From assembly GCA_014075255.1 (NCBI GenBank), contig CP046178.1, positions 705,616 through 769,615 of the forward strand: a stretch of DNA of 64,000 bases, read 5' to 3'. How positions within the stretch are numbered: the stretch's first letter is position 1; each line of letters opens with the position of its first letter. This stretch comes from Gammaproteobacteria bacterium. Its GTDB lineage: Bacteria; Pseudomonadota; Gammaproteobacteria; UBA4575. The notes below the pieces were generated by a model. The model had not been told where the DNA came from. It worked only from the letters and a program-made list of their open reading frames with translations, and made no database searches. A program made the position numbers and the translations under genes. Shown piece by piece: positions 1 to 9,320 of this stretch.

Positions 1-3
1 GCA

Positions 4-195
4 ATGAAACGGCAAAAAAATCCTTGCATTGATGTGTGTGAGTTCACTGGCCCCAAAGGATGGTGCATAGGTTGCGGTCGAACTCAGCAGGAATGTGATA
101 AATGGAAGACGATGAAGCCCTATGCAAGAAATACCCTTGATAAAGAACTTCAAAGAAGAATGTCCAAGATTAAATCTCTTTTTAATGCTCCATAA
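4..195 (+). CDS. DUF1289 family small Cys-rich protein
   Basis: NPCIDVC...WCIGCGRT..EC..W pattern typical of DUF1289. Confidence 0.85.
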   Translation: MKRQKNPCIDVCEFTGPKGWCIGCGRTQQECDKWKTMKPYARNTLDKELQRRMSKIKSLFNAP

Positions 196-350
196 TCAAA
201 AAACACTGCACAAGACAAAGTACTGCTAGTACCCCTATTTATATAGGTTATCAAAGGCGTTTTGCTCGCTTTCAGGATGGTTTGTTTCGAACCTTTTGTT
301 TATTATCGGCAATATAATCAAAAACATGCAAATACTTAGGGCTACTTAAA

Positions 351-1721
351 ATGACGAATGAACTAATCTCGCCTCTTTCCGCACTTAGACGTCTTATCGA
401 ATCCAAACAGATGGAAAAATCTGATGTCGATTTTATTAACGATAAAGACTATGTCTGGTCTCCTCATAATAAAATTATCAACGTAACCCCAGGTCCTGCT
501 TTTGGGTCTGAATTGGTGACTCAATTTTCATCCAACCAAACAAGAGGCATGCGTGGCCCAGGTGTGGCGAAGTATTTTGCATCGGTTCGTGAGGACTACG
601 CAAAAATGGTGGATATGCAAGAAGGCGGTAGAGCGTTGTTTTATACCGGTTCAGGAACCTCTGCAACTGAAGCTGCTGCAGGCTCTTGCCAGACACCGGA
701 TGAAGTAGGTTCGGACAAGAAAGTGATCATCACATTAGAGATTGGCGCTTTCAGTAATGCCATGGGTAATTGCGTTGAAAACTTAGGTAGAGGTGTGGTT
801 CGCATTAATGGTGAACTGGGTGAAGACCTACCTTTTGCTAAGTGCAGAGAAGTGTTGGAAAAAGACACGAATCATGACATTAAGATGGTGATGGCACCGC
901 ACAATGAAACCGGTGCTGGTGTGACAACAGACCCTAAGAAGTTACGTGACTTATTAGATGAACTAAAACACCCTGCGCTGGTTTTTATTGACGGTATTTC
1001 TTCTATCGGCAGCATGCCGTGCTCGATGACTAAAATGGGCATCGACATGCTAGTGGGCTGTAGCCAAAAAGGTATGATGGGTACCCCTAGTATCGGAATG
1101 ATTACCCTCAGCCCTAAAGCAGTACAAAGAATTCAAGAGTCTGAAAAACAGATGGCAGATGCGGGAGTTAAGAAAGGCCAACATTACCTTAACCTTGGCA
1201 AAATGATTGAAGCCATGGATAGCCTGGGTTTACATATTGAAACCCCGAGTAATTACTCACAATTCGCGGTGGCATTGGATTCGATTGCGATCGAAGGCAT
1301 TGATCGCGTTTGCGATCGTCACAGAGAGTGTTCTGAAGTGTACCGTGCTGCAGTTCAGGCTGCAGGATTTGATTTAGTAACCAAAGATAACAGTTTGGCA
1401 TCGAATGCAGTAACCGCTATTCGAGCACCAGAAGGTCATGGCGAGAAAGACATTATGAACGTCCTCATGATTATGTATTACAAACACGCGGTAGAAGCGG
1501 CAGCCATTCCTGGTTATCCAGATATGGGTTGGCGACTTTGCGCAACAGGCGGAATTCAACCTCAACATGCGTTGATGGCTTCAATCGCTTTCTTGAAAGC
1601 AGCTGAAGAAGCAGGATTACCAATTGATGCTGACAAAGGTATCGCTGCGGGTTCTAAGAAGTATGCAGAAGTGGTTCAGTATCATCGCCCTCTTCCTGGA
1701 ATTGATGTATACGGAAGATAA
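351..1721 (+). CDS. PLP-dependent class V aminotransferase (serine/alanine-glyoxylate aminotransferase-like)
   Basis: TPGP, GSGT, HNET, DGISSIG and SQKG (PLP lysine) motifs. Confidence 0.85.
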   Translation: MTNELISPLSALRRLIESKQMEKSDVDFINDKDYVWSPHNKIINVTPGPAFGSELVTQFSSNQTRGMRGPGVAKYFASVREDYAKMVDMQEGGRALFYTGSGTSATEAAAGSCQTPDEVGSDKKVIITLEIGAFSNAMGNCVENLGRGVVRINGELGEDLPFAKCREVLEKDTNHDIKMVMAPHNETGAGVTTDPKKLRDLLDELKHPALVFIDGISSIGSMPCSMTKMGIDMLVGCSQKGMMGTPSIGMITLSPKAVQRIQESEKQMADAGVKKGQHYLNLGKMIEAMDSLGLHIETPSNYSQFAVALDSIAIEGIDRVCDRHRECSEVYRAAVQAAGFDLVTKDNSLASNAVTAIRAPEGHGEKDIMNVLMIMYYKHAVEAAAIPGYPDMGWRLCATGGIQPQHALMASIAFLKAAEEAGLPIDADKGIAAGSKKYAEVVQYHRPLPGIDVYGR

Positions 1722-1835
1722 GTCTGTTAAAAAATATTGAAGAAACAGAAGAAAGGACTCTAATACATTAACTAAAGTGCATTAGCTAAAGAAAGTTCTT
1801 CCTTCAAATACACTTCCCAAAACATCCAGTAGATC

Positions 1836-1872
1836 ATCCAGTAAAATCTAAATTCTTTAGATTTTACTGGAT
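1836..1872. terminator. 17-bp perfect inverted repeat, probable terminator hairpin
   Basis: ATCCAGTAAAATCTAAA-TTC-TTTAGATTTTACTGGAT downstream of the aminotransferase. Confidence 0.55.
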
Positions 1873-1921
1873 ATATAAACCGTTATTTATCCCACTTCAT
1901 TCAGTCTGGCTATTTGTTATC

Positions 1922-1940
1922 ATTGTTATATTATAACAAT
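1922..1940. promoter_or_regulatory. Zur box 1
   Basis: Perfect palindrome ATTGTTATA-T-TATAACAAT matches the gammaproteobacterial Zur consensus TGTTATAwTATAACA; lies upstream of zinc-uptake genes. Confidence 0.88.
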
Positions 1941-1945
1941 AGAAT

Positions 1946-2269
1946 ATGAAGCCATTTAAGCCACAAAAATTAGTCATAGCTTATTTTCTGCTTGCGTTAG
2001 TGAGCTCTCAATTCTTGCTGGCTCAACATAGTGCTGATCATCTAGATTCAACTAGCCACTCTCAACAAGATAATGAAAAAAATGAAAGTGATATTTGCCA
2101 GTTTTGCGTTACCGCAAAAAATCTAGAGCAAGATTTTATAATCCATAGCGAATTACTTTTCTCGACCCCATCATTTAAGAAAGTTTATTTATGCTCTCTA
2201 AAGTATTCTAGCCGTACAACCTGTAGCAAACCTTTTCAATCTCAGGCCCCTCCTGCACAGTTCTCTTAA
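1946..2269 (+). CDS. DUF2946/CruR-like leader protein, copy 1 (CxxC + C-terminal QAPP)
   Basis: N-terminal hydrophobic segment, HxxxH, CQFC at aa 51-54, QAPP at aa 100-103; paralog at 5805. Confidence 0.75.
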   Translation: MKPFKPQKLVIAYFLLALVSSQFLLAQHSADHLDSTSHSQQDNEKNESDICQFCVTAKNLEQDFIIHSELLFSTPSFKKVYLCSLKYSSRTTCSKPFQSQAPPAQFS

Positions 2270-2423
2270 AACTACGAATTAATAAGCCTTAATGTAAGGA
2301 CAGCAATACTCGCATTATTGTGCCGAATAACAGGCTTTGTGGTCGATGCTATAAACACCAGTAATCACCACTTCTCTGGACTTTATCAAATCACTATTAC
2401 AGTGAATTTGAAGGATCAAGATT

Positions 2424-3056
2424 ATGCAAATAACACCAAAAGCACTACTAACTATTTTTTTATTTTTACCCATCGTCACAATTTATGCTTCTGAAGATCA
2501 ACATTCTCACGATGAAGAAAGTATGTTTGAAGAGCATAGCGCTCATGAACATGGTCATGCTTCTTCACAAATTACGTTTATCAACCACACACTCAATCTA
2601 GCATTATCACTACCCTCGATTGATATATTTGGCTTTGAACATGAACCTCACAATGAAAAAGAACATGAAATCATCACTCAATCACAAGCTATCCTTAAGA
2701 ATGCGGATAACATAATTTCCATACATCCTAATAACGAATGTGAACTTAAATCTATTAGCTTGGAAAGCAGCATAATTGATTCTGTAAATGAAAATGATAA
2801 AGATCACAATGATCATGAGTCAGATGAACACCATGATGCCGAATCACATGACGAAGAAGAACACAATGATGAAGAACATAGCGACGTATCGCTCCACTAT
2901 GTTTACAGCTGCTCACAAGACAACCTAGAATCAATAGAATACAAAATATTTGATCACTTCCCCACAATTGAAGAAATTGAAGTACAGTTTGTTTCAAATG
3001 AGACTCAGAATCTATTTACTGCAACACCAAAATCTCGCGCTCTATCATTTAAATAA
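2424..3056 (+). CDS. zrgA: ZrgA/DUF2796 periplasmic zinc-uptake protein
   Basis: Signal peptide, AHEHG, FGFEHEP, His/Asp/Glu-rich loop, HSDV..Y.Y.C. Confidence 0.85.
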   Translation: MQITPKALLTIFLFLPIVTIYASEDQHSHDEESMFEEHSAHEHGHASSQITFINHTLNLALSLPSIDIFGFEHEPHNEKEHEIITQSQAILKNADNIISIHPNNECELKSISLESSIIDSVNENDKDHNDHESDEHHDAESHDEEEHNDEEHSDVSLHYVYSCSQDNLESIEYKIFDHFPTIEEIEVQFVSNETQNLFTATPKSRALSFK

Positions 3057-3091
3057 CAAAATCTAATCCATTACCTTCAATAAATTACTTT

Positions 3092-3796
3092 ATGTCACAA
3101 GATTGTATTCAGTTATCAAACGTTGAGTTTTGTTGGGGCAATAACCAACCATCATTATTCAATATTGAGTCACTGACGCTTAGAAAAGCAGAAAAGTTAT
3201 TTATTCACGGCCCGAGTGGCTGTGGAAAAACAACTTTATTGAATCTGATCTCTGGAGTCCTCATGCCTACTCGAGGAGATATTTTAGTTTTAGGGAATAA
3301 CATGTTTTCCCAAAAACAAAAGTTAAGAGATCAGTATCGAGCAGATCATATGGGAATTATATTTCAACAGTTTAATTTAATTCCCTATCTCAATGTATTA
3401 GAAAATATCACTCTTCCCTGCCTATTTTCATGGCGCAGACGAGAAATGCTTTCCATACAAAAACGTAGCTCTACTGATGAGGCATTAAGATTATTAGCGG
3501 CGCTTGGTTTAAAAGACAAAGATATTATCTTTAAAAATGTAACAGAGTTAAGTGCTGGCCAACAACAACGTGTAGCGGCAGCACGTGCATTAATCGGTTC
3601 TCCTGAAATTATTATTGCAGACGAACCCACATCTGCTTTGGATCAGGACGCTAAACAGGGCTTTTTAGAACTGCTGTTTGATGAAGCGAAGAAAAGTAAC
3701 AGCGCATTGTTATTTGTTAGCCATGATCTAACTTTATCAAATTTATTTGATCGCTCGGTATCATTAAATGAATTTCGCTCTGTGGAAAACGCATGA
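3092..3796 (+). CDS. zrgB: ABC transporter ATP-binding protein (LolD/MacB-type, ZrgB-like)
   Basis: Walker A GPSGCGKT, LSAGQQQRV signature, IIADEPT. Confidence 0.88.
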   Translation: MSQDCIQLSNVEFCWGNNQPSLFNIESLTLRKAEKLFIHGPSGCGKTTLLNLISGVLMPTRGDILVLGNNMFSQKQKLRDQYRADHMGIIFQQFNLIPYLNVLENITLPCLFSWRRREMLSIQKRSSTDEALRLLAALGLKDKDIIFKNVTELSAGQQQRVAAARALIGSPEIIIADEPTSALDQDAKQGFLELLFDEAKKSNSALLFVSHDLTLSNLFDRSVSLNEFRSVENA

Positions 3797-5061
3797 ATAT
3801 CAAGATTTTCCTACTAGCTTTAAAAAGTCTCCGCTTTCGTAAACTTTCAATAGGTTTAACTATTTTCTCACTAGCCATCAGCGTTGTGTTACTTCTAGGG
3901 GTAGATATCATACGCGTACAAGCTAAGGAGAAGTTTGCTAACACTATTAGCGGTACAGACTTGATTGTTGGCTCACGTAGTGGTTCTACACAACTATTGC
4001 TATACAGCATCTTTCATTTAGGTAATGCAACAAACAATGTTTCCTGGGAAAGCTACAACAAGATCATAAGTCATCCACGAGTAAATTGGAGCATCCCTAT
4101 TTCCTTGGGTGATTCACACAAAGGCTACCGTGTAGTTGGAACTACAACAGATATATTTCAATATTATCGATATAGCAAACGTCATAAATTAACGTTCTCA
4201 AGCGGCCAAGAGTTTTCAGGGATTTTTGGTGCAGTTCTTGGTGCAGAAGTTGCCAAAAAACTTGACTACCAACTTGATGAGAAAATTATTCTTGCGCATG
4301 GCATGGGTAATGTAAGTTTTGCCGAACATAAAAACCTACCTTTTACAGTAACAGGAATATTAAAACCTACCGGCACTCCCATTGACCGATCTGTATTGAT
4401 AACGTTAAAAGGATTAGAAGCCGTACATATAGGTTGGGAACAAGGCGTACCTAGTAAAAACGCTATTCAAACAAATGATCTAGAGAAGGATGACGATAGA
4501 CTTCAATCTAAATCCATAACAGCATTTCTACTAGGCCTTAAAAATAAACAAGATATCTTCTCCATACAACGTGGAATAAACAATTATAAATCAGAGCCGT
4601 TACTTGCGATTCTTCCAGGTATTGCACTCATGGAGCTATGGAAAGTGGTTGGAGCAGTAGAAAAAGTAATGCTGATCATTGCAGCACTGGTTGTTGTAAC
4701 GGGTTTGTTAGGGATGTTAGCCATTATATTAACCAACTTAAACGAGCGTCGACGCGAAATTGCAGTGCTGCGTTCTGTTGGAGCTTCACCTAAAACAATA
4801 TTTACACTAATGGTCATTGAATCAGAGATATTGGTGATACTAGGAATATTTTTAGGTTTAATAATTTTGTACTTTTTATTAGCGCTTATTAATCCTATGT
4901 TATTTAATACATATGGCTTAAATATTGAACTTCAATCACCCACCAAGCTCCAATGGATCATGCTACTCATCATCTTATTAGGTGGATTGGTTGCAGCAAT
5001 ATTTCCGGCGATCAGCGCTTATAGGAAAACTTTACAAGACGGGTTAACCATACGAACATGA
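3793..5061 (+). CDS. zrgC: FtsX/MacB-type ABC permease (ZrgC-like)
   Basis: One N-terminal TM, large periplasmic domain, ERRREIAVLRSVGA, three C-terminal TMs; 4-bp overlap with the ATPase gene. Confidence 0.88.
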   Translation: MNIKIFLLALKSLRFRKLSIGLTIFSLAISVVLLLGVDIIRVQAKEKFANTISGTDLIVGSRSGSTQLLLYSIFHLGNATNNVSWESYNKIISHPRVNWSIPISLGDSHKGYRVVGTTTDIFQYYRYSKRHKLTFSSGQEFSGIFGAVLGAEVAKKLDYQLDEKIILAHGMGNVSFAEHKNLPFTVTGILKPTGTPIDRSVLITLKGLEAVHIGWEQGVPSKNAIQTNDLEKDDDRLQSKSITAFLLGLKNKQDIFSIQRGINNYKSEPLLAILPGIALMELWKVVGAVEKVMLIIAALVVVTGLLGMLAIILTNLNERRREIAVLRSVGASPKTIFTLMVIESEILVILGIFLGLIILYFLLALINPMLFNTYGLNIELQSPTKLQWIMLLIILLGGLVAAIFPAISAYRKTLQDGLTIRT

Positions 5062-5651
5062 ATTCATTCAAACATAAACAATACATTTCTTTTGCACTGA
5101 ACATATTGGTGTTCATTTCCATAGCATGCCCAACATTACAGGCAGAAGAAGCTAAAGAGTTAGATTGGGGTGACCTAGCACCAGAGGGTTATTTTGAAAG
5201 CTTGGAGCAAAACCAAAAGTCCACATTAGGTGGATCATTTGATGCTTTTGGTGATGCACTCGGTATTGAAACTTTTGAAGATGATTCTGAAGAAGCGCAG
5301 CAAGCCTATGATGAGTTACAAGTCACGTTACGCTCTGCACCTATTGTTCCTGAGTTAAATGGACAATATGTAAAACTCGCCGGATTCATTGTACCCTTAG
5401 AATATGATTTCGAAAATGGCACCTTTAGTGAATTCCTGTTAGCGCCTTACTTTGGTGCCTGCATACATGTTCCACCACCCCCATCCAATCAAATAGTATA
5501 TGTAAAGTCACCTAAGCCACTAGGTCAGAAATGGTTGGATAATGCCGCCTGGGTGGAAGGTACAATAACAACAGAAAGCGTTAATAGTGACTATGGTTCT
5601 GCTTCATATTCGATGAAAGATGTTCAATTAGATATCTATGATGCTGACTAA
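5058..5651 (+). CDS. DUF3299 family protein (ZrgD-like)
   Basis: LDWGDL and PYFGACIHVPPPPSNQIVYV motifs. Confidence 0.85.
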   Translation: MNSFKHKQYISFALNILVFISIACPTLQAEEAKELDWGDLAPEGYFESLEQNQKSTLGGSFDAFGDALGIETFEDDSEEAQQAYDELQVTLRSAPIVPELNGQYVKLAGFIVPLEYDFENGTFSEFLLAPYFGACIHVPPPPSNQIVYVKSPKPLGQKWLDNAAWVEGTITTESVNSDYGSASYSMKDVQLDIYDAD

Positions 5652-5781
5652 GCAGTGTGTATAGCACCGCAATAGAAAACTCGCTTGAAACCCCTATATA
5701 TTTAATACCCATGCGCAGGCTAGGCGCCTAGAAGCTAGGTGCGGTAGTGCGCTAGCTTAGCGAGTATACATCTCAAAATAG

Positions 5782-5798
5782 ATGTTATATTATAACAT
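5782..5798. promoter_or_regulatory. Zur box 2
   Basis: Palindrome ATGTTATA-T-TATAACAT; same 15-bp core and same 7-nt spacing to ATG as box 1. Confidence 0.88.
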
Positions 5799-5804
5799 AT
5801 CAAT

Positions 5805-6128
5805 ATGAAGCTATTTAAGCCACAGAAGCTAGTTATAGCTTATTTCCTACTTGCATTAATTAGCAGTCAATTCCTGCTGGCTCAGCATAGTGCAACTCAT
5901 CTTGATTCAGATAATCATTCCCAACACGATGAAGACGATAGTGAAAGTGATATTTGTCAGTTTTGTGTTACTGCAAAAAATCTAGAGCAAGAATTTCTAG
6001 TTCAGTCGCATGTATCTCTTTCAGCATCTACATCAAAACAAAATTCTTTATGTGTATTTGAATACACTCTTCACTCTACTTGTAACAAACCTTTTCACTC
6101 ACAAGCACCTCCTACTCTTTTCTCTTAA
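5805..6128 (+). CDS. DUF2946/CruR-like leader protein, copy 2 (CxxC + C-terminal QAPP)
   Basis: 107 aa, colinear with copy 1; identical ESDICQFCVTAKNLEQ and SQAPP. Confidence 0.75.
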   Translation: MKLFKPQKLVIAYFLLALISSQFLLAQHSATHLDSDNHSQHDEDDSESDICQFCVTAKNLEQEFLVQSHVSLSASTSKQNSLCVFEYTLHSTCNKPFHSQAPPTLFS

Positions 6129-6161
6129 AAAACGTTTTAATTAACTTTATGAGGAAAGATT

Positions 6162-7517
6162 ATGTCCAGATTATATTACTGGGCGACTGTCTGTGTGGCA
6201 GTTGCCTTATTTACCTGTAGTCAAAATGTATTTTCAGCTGAAAATACAGATTTGATAAGCTTAAAAAATGAAATAGCTGAAATGCGAAAACTCTATGAGC
6301 AAAAAATTCAGCTCTTAGAAAAGAAAGTAACGTCATTACAGTCACAACAAGAAGAACTTAAAAAGCAAGAACCCGCAGCTCAAGTAGCGCGAGCGCCTGC
6401 AACGAGCCAACGTAGTATTGGCTCAAATGATTTCAATCCATCGATTAGCGCAATTCTGCAAGGAAAATATAATAGTTTTTCTAAACGAAACTCTGAATTT
6501 TCAGGCTTTGCAGTGGGCGAAGAAGGTGAACGATCATCAGAAGGATTCACGCTTGATGAAACCGAAATTAACCTTGCTGCAAGCATTGATGACAAGTTCC
6601 GAGGTAGCTCAACCATTGCACTAGTGCAAGAAGATGGTACACAAGTAGAGCTTGAAGAAGCGTATATCGAAACCATTGGCCTACCCTTTGGTATAAGCGC
6701 TAAAGCGGGAAGGTTTTTTGCATCTCTTGGTTACTTAAATGAACATCACAGCCATGCCGATGATTTTACGGATCGTCCATTACCGTATCGGGTATTTCTA
6801 AATAAGTCATATAACGATGATGGCGTTCAAGCCACATGGATTGCGCCAACAGATTTATACACTGAACTAGGGTTTGGTGTATTTCGCGGCGGTGACTTCC
6901 CTGGTGGTGGTGAAGGTGACTCGAATGTGGGTGCATGGACTGTATTTGCTCGCATTGGTGGCGATATGGGTGACAACTCTGCTTGGCGAATGGGGTTATC
7001 CACTTTACAAGTCGATGACTTAGAACGATCTAGCAATGAAGATGAACTAGAATTTGCCGGCGACAATAAAATGTACATTGTTGATGGTCGTTACATTTGG
7101 GCACCCACCGGAAACAATCGCGAGAAGGAATTAATCCTACAAGCTGAGTATATGCAACGCGATGAAGATGGTATCTATGACGACTTAGCAGCCGGCTCTG
7201 GCCCTGTTTCGTATGACGAAGATCAATCGGGTTGGTATGCGCAAGGCATTTATAAGTTTCACCCACAATGGCGTGTAGGCGCACGCTACAGTCACCTTAA
7301 CCCTGGCGATGTACCTACCGCATTAGTGGGAACCGTGTTGGATGATCAAAATCATGATCCGGAAAGTCTATCCTTAATGGCAGATTGGACGAATAGCGAA
7401 TTTGGTCGTTTGCGTTTGCAATACAACATGGAAGAGCTTGCAGATGATAATCGTGACCATCAGATCACGCTTCAATACATCATGAGTATGGGTGCACATG
7501 CCGCCCACTCTTTTTGA
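6162..7517 (+). CDS. Zinc-regulated outer-membrane beta-barrel protein (often annotated TonB-dependent receptor)
   Basis: Signal peptide, coiled coil, FNPSIS, LNEHHSHADDF, C-terminal MGAHAAHSF. Confidence 0.8.
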   Translation: MSRLYYWATVCVAVALFTCSQNVFSAENTDLISLKNEIAEMRKLYEQKIQLLEKKVTSLQSQQEELKKQEPAAQVARAPATSQRSIGSNDFNPSISAILQGKYNSFSKRNSEFSGFAVGEEGERSSEGFTLDETEINLAASIDDKFRGSSTIALVQEDGTQVELEEAYIETIGLPFGISAKAGRFFASLGYLNEHHSHADDFTDRPLPYRVFLNKSYNDDGVQATWIAPTDLYTELGFGVFRGGDFPGGGEGDSNVGAWTVFARIGGDMGDNSAWRMGLSTLQVDDLERSSNEDELEFAGDNKMYIVDGRYIWAPTGNNREKELILQAEYMQRDEDGIYDDLAAGSGPVSYDEDQSGWYAQGIYKFHPQWRVGARYSHLNPGDVPTALVGTVLDDQNHDPESLSLMADWTNSEFGRLRLQYNMEELADDNRDHQITLQYIMSMGAHAAHSF

Positions 7518-7525
7518 GGTGAAGT

Positions 7526-8422
7526 ATGAGTAAATATGTATTTTTTCTAATACTATCGTTACTTCCAACGGCTTCTATTGCCAAATTAGACATTTTTGCA
7601 TGCGCTCCTGAATGGGGCGCACTTGCAAAAGAAATTGGTGGTGAAGAAGTTAACGTATTTACGGCATCCAAAGCCTCGCAAGATATTCACCATCTTCGCG
7701 CAAAACCTAGTTTTTTAGCCAAAATGCGTAAAACAGAACTTGTGTTTTGCACCGGTGCATCACTGGAGGCAGGTTGGTTACCGGTTCTCTTACAAAAAGC
7801 AGGAGGCGCTAAAGTGCAAGCCGGTCAAGTGGGTCATCTCCTTGCAAGTGAATATGTAGAAAGACTTGAACAAGCCGAATCAGTAGATCGTTCAATGGGG
7901 GATGTACATGGTGAAGGTAACCCTCACATTCACTTAAACCCACATAACTTAATCTTAATAGCAGATGAACTAGCGGAACGGTTATCGATACTTTCTCCTG
8001 ATAAAGAAAAGTATTTTAATAATAGACTAGAAAACTTTAAGATAAACTGGCAGCAATATATAGAGGACTGGAAACAAAAAGCTCAATCTTTAACGAATAA
8101 ATATGTTGTCGTGTATCACCAAAACTGGATTTATTTACTGAAGTGGTTAAATATAAATCGAGTGACAACGCTTGAACCGGTACCCGGCATGCCCCCACGC
8201 ATTTCTCATTTAGAAAATGTACTTGCATCGGTTAAAAACCAAGACATCACGGCTATATTGTTAACGCCCTACCAACAAAACAAAGCGGCGGCTTGGCTAT
8301 CAGAACATGCAAACATACCTGTGGTTACACTTCCCTATACCGTGGGTGGGAGTAAAAATGTTACAGACTTGAAATCTTTATTTGATGAAACCCTGCAACT
8401 CTTGCTTGAAGCGAGTTCATGA
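7526..8422 (+). CDS. Zn/Mn ABC transporter substrate-binding protein (ZnuA family)
   Basis: QDIHH, GDVHGEGNPHIHLNP, VYH motifs of cluster A-I binding proteins. Confidence 0.88.
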   Translation: MSKYVFFLILSLLPTASIAKLDIFACAPEWGALAKEIGGEEVNVFTASKASQDIHHLRAKPSFLAKMRKTELVFCTGASLEAGWLPVLLQKAGGAKVQAGQVGHLLASEYVERLEQAESVDRSMGDVHGEGNPHIHLNPHNLILIADELAERLSILSPDKEKYFNNRLENFKINWQQYIEDWKQKAQSLTNKYVVVYHQNWIYLLKWLNINRVTTLEPVPGMPPRISHLENVLASVKNQDITAILLTPYQQNKAAAWLSEHANIPVVTLPYTVGGSKNVTDLKSLFDETLQLLLEASS

Positions 8423-9189
8423 TGATATCTGCTGACTTATTCGTTTTATTACTGCCTGCCTTTGCAGCGGGATGTTTAGTGGCAACCACGCACGTGCCTC
8501 TGGGCCTCGAAGTTTTAAAACGTGGGATTATTTTTATCGATCTAGCCATTGCACAAGTAGCAGCAATGGGTGTTGTGATAGGCCATGTAACTTTCCATAA
8601 TTCAGGCCAGCTTCAATCACTTCTGCTGGCTTTAGTCTTTGCCTTATCAGGCGGTGGATTGTTCGCTTGGCTAGAAGCAAAACAGTTTAAACATTTAGAA
8701 GCCATGATTGGTGCCGTTTTTGTGGTGAGCGCCTCCATTACCATTCTTCTCCTTGCCAAAGACCCTCATGGTATTGAAGCCATGGAAAAACTACTAGCAG
8801 GACAAGTGCTTTGGGTGAAATGGTGGCCAGATTTAATGATTACGTTAATCATTTATGCAATCATTTTACTAATCTGGTTTAAACGAGATACGAACAATTC
8901 ATCTTTATTTTATTTCATATTTCCAATAGTAGTGACTTTTTCAGTTCAGATCGCGGGAATTTATCTAGTGTTTGCTAGCTTGATCTTGCCTGCCATCGCC
9001 ACTTGCCAAATTAACGGGAAAACGAAGTTACTAAGTGGCTACGCGGTAGCATTGATGAGTGTAATTTTAGGTTTAATGAGCGCAGTATTCTTTGACCTAC
9101 CCACAGGACCTGTGATTGTATGCACTTACTTTGCAGTCTCTATGTTGCTGCTTTTAAGTACTTATAAAATTATTATTAAAGTTAAATAG
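8419..9189 (+). CDS. Metal ABC transporter permease (ZnuB/ABC-3 family)
   Basis: Polytopic membrane protein; RGIIFIDLAIAQ and DLPTGP motifs. Confidence 0.85.
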   Translation: MMISADLFVLLLPAFAAGCLVATTHVPLGLEVLKRGIIFIDLAIAQVAAMGVVIGHVTFHNSGQLQSLLLALVFALSGGGLFAWLEAKQFKHLEAMIGAVFVVSASITILLLAKDPHGIEAMEKLLAGQVLWVKWWPDLMITLIIYAIILLIWFKRDTNNSSLFYFIFPIVVTFSVQIAGIYLVFASLILPAIATCQINGKTKLLSGYAVALMSVILGLMSAVFFDLPTGPVIVCTYFAVSMLLLLSTYKIIIKVK

Positions 9190-9320
9190 AAAACTCGTAT
9201 ATAGAAACAAGGTTAACTAACTAGAAATAACATTATTAGAAAACCTGGTTACAGAGTTAAGTTTCGTACTACCATTTTCTTAATGTCAGGTTCTGGCAAT
9301 ATGAGCTTGTAGCACGATTA

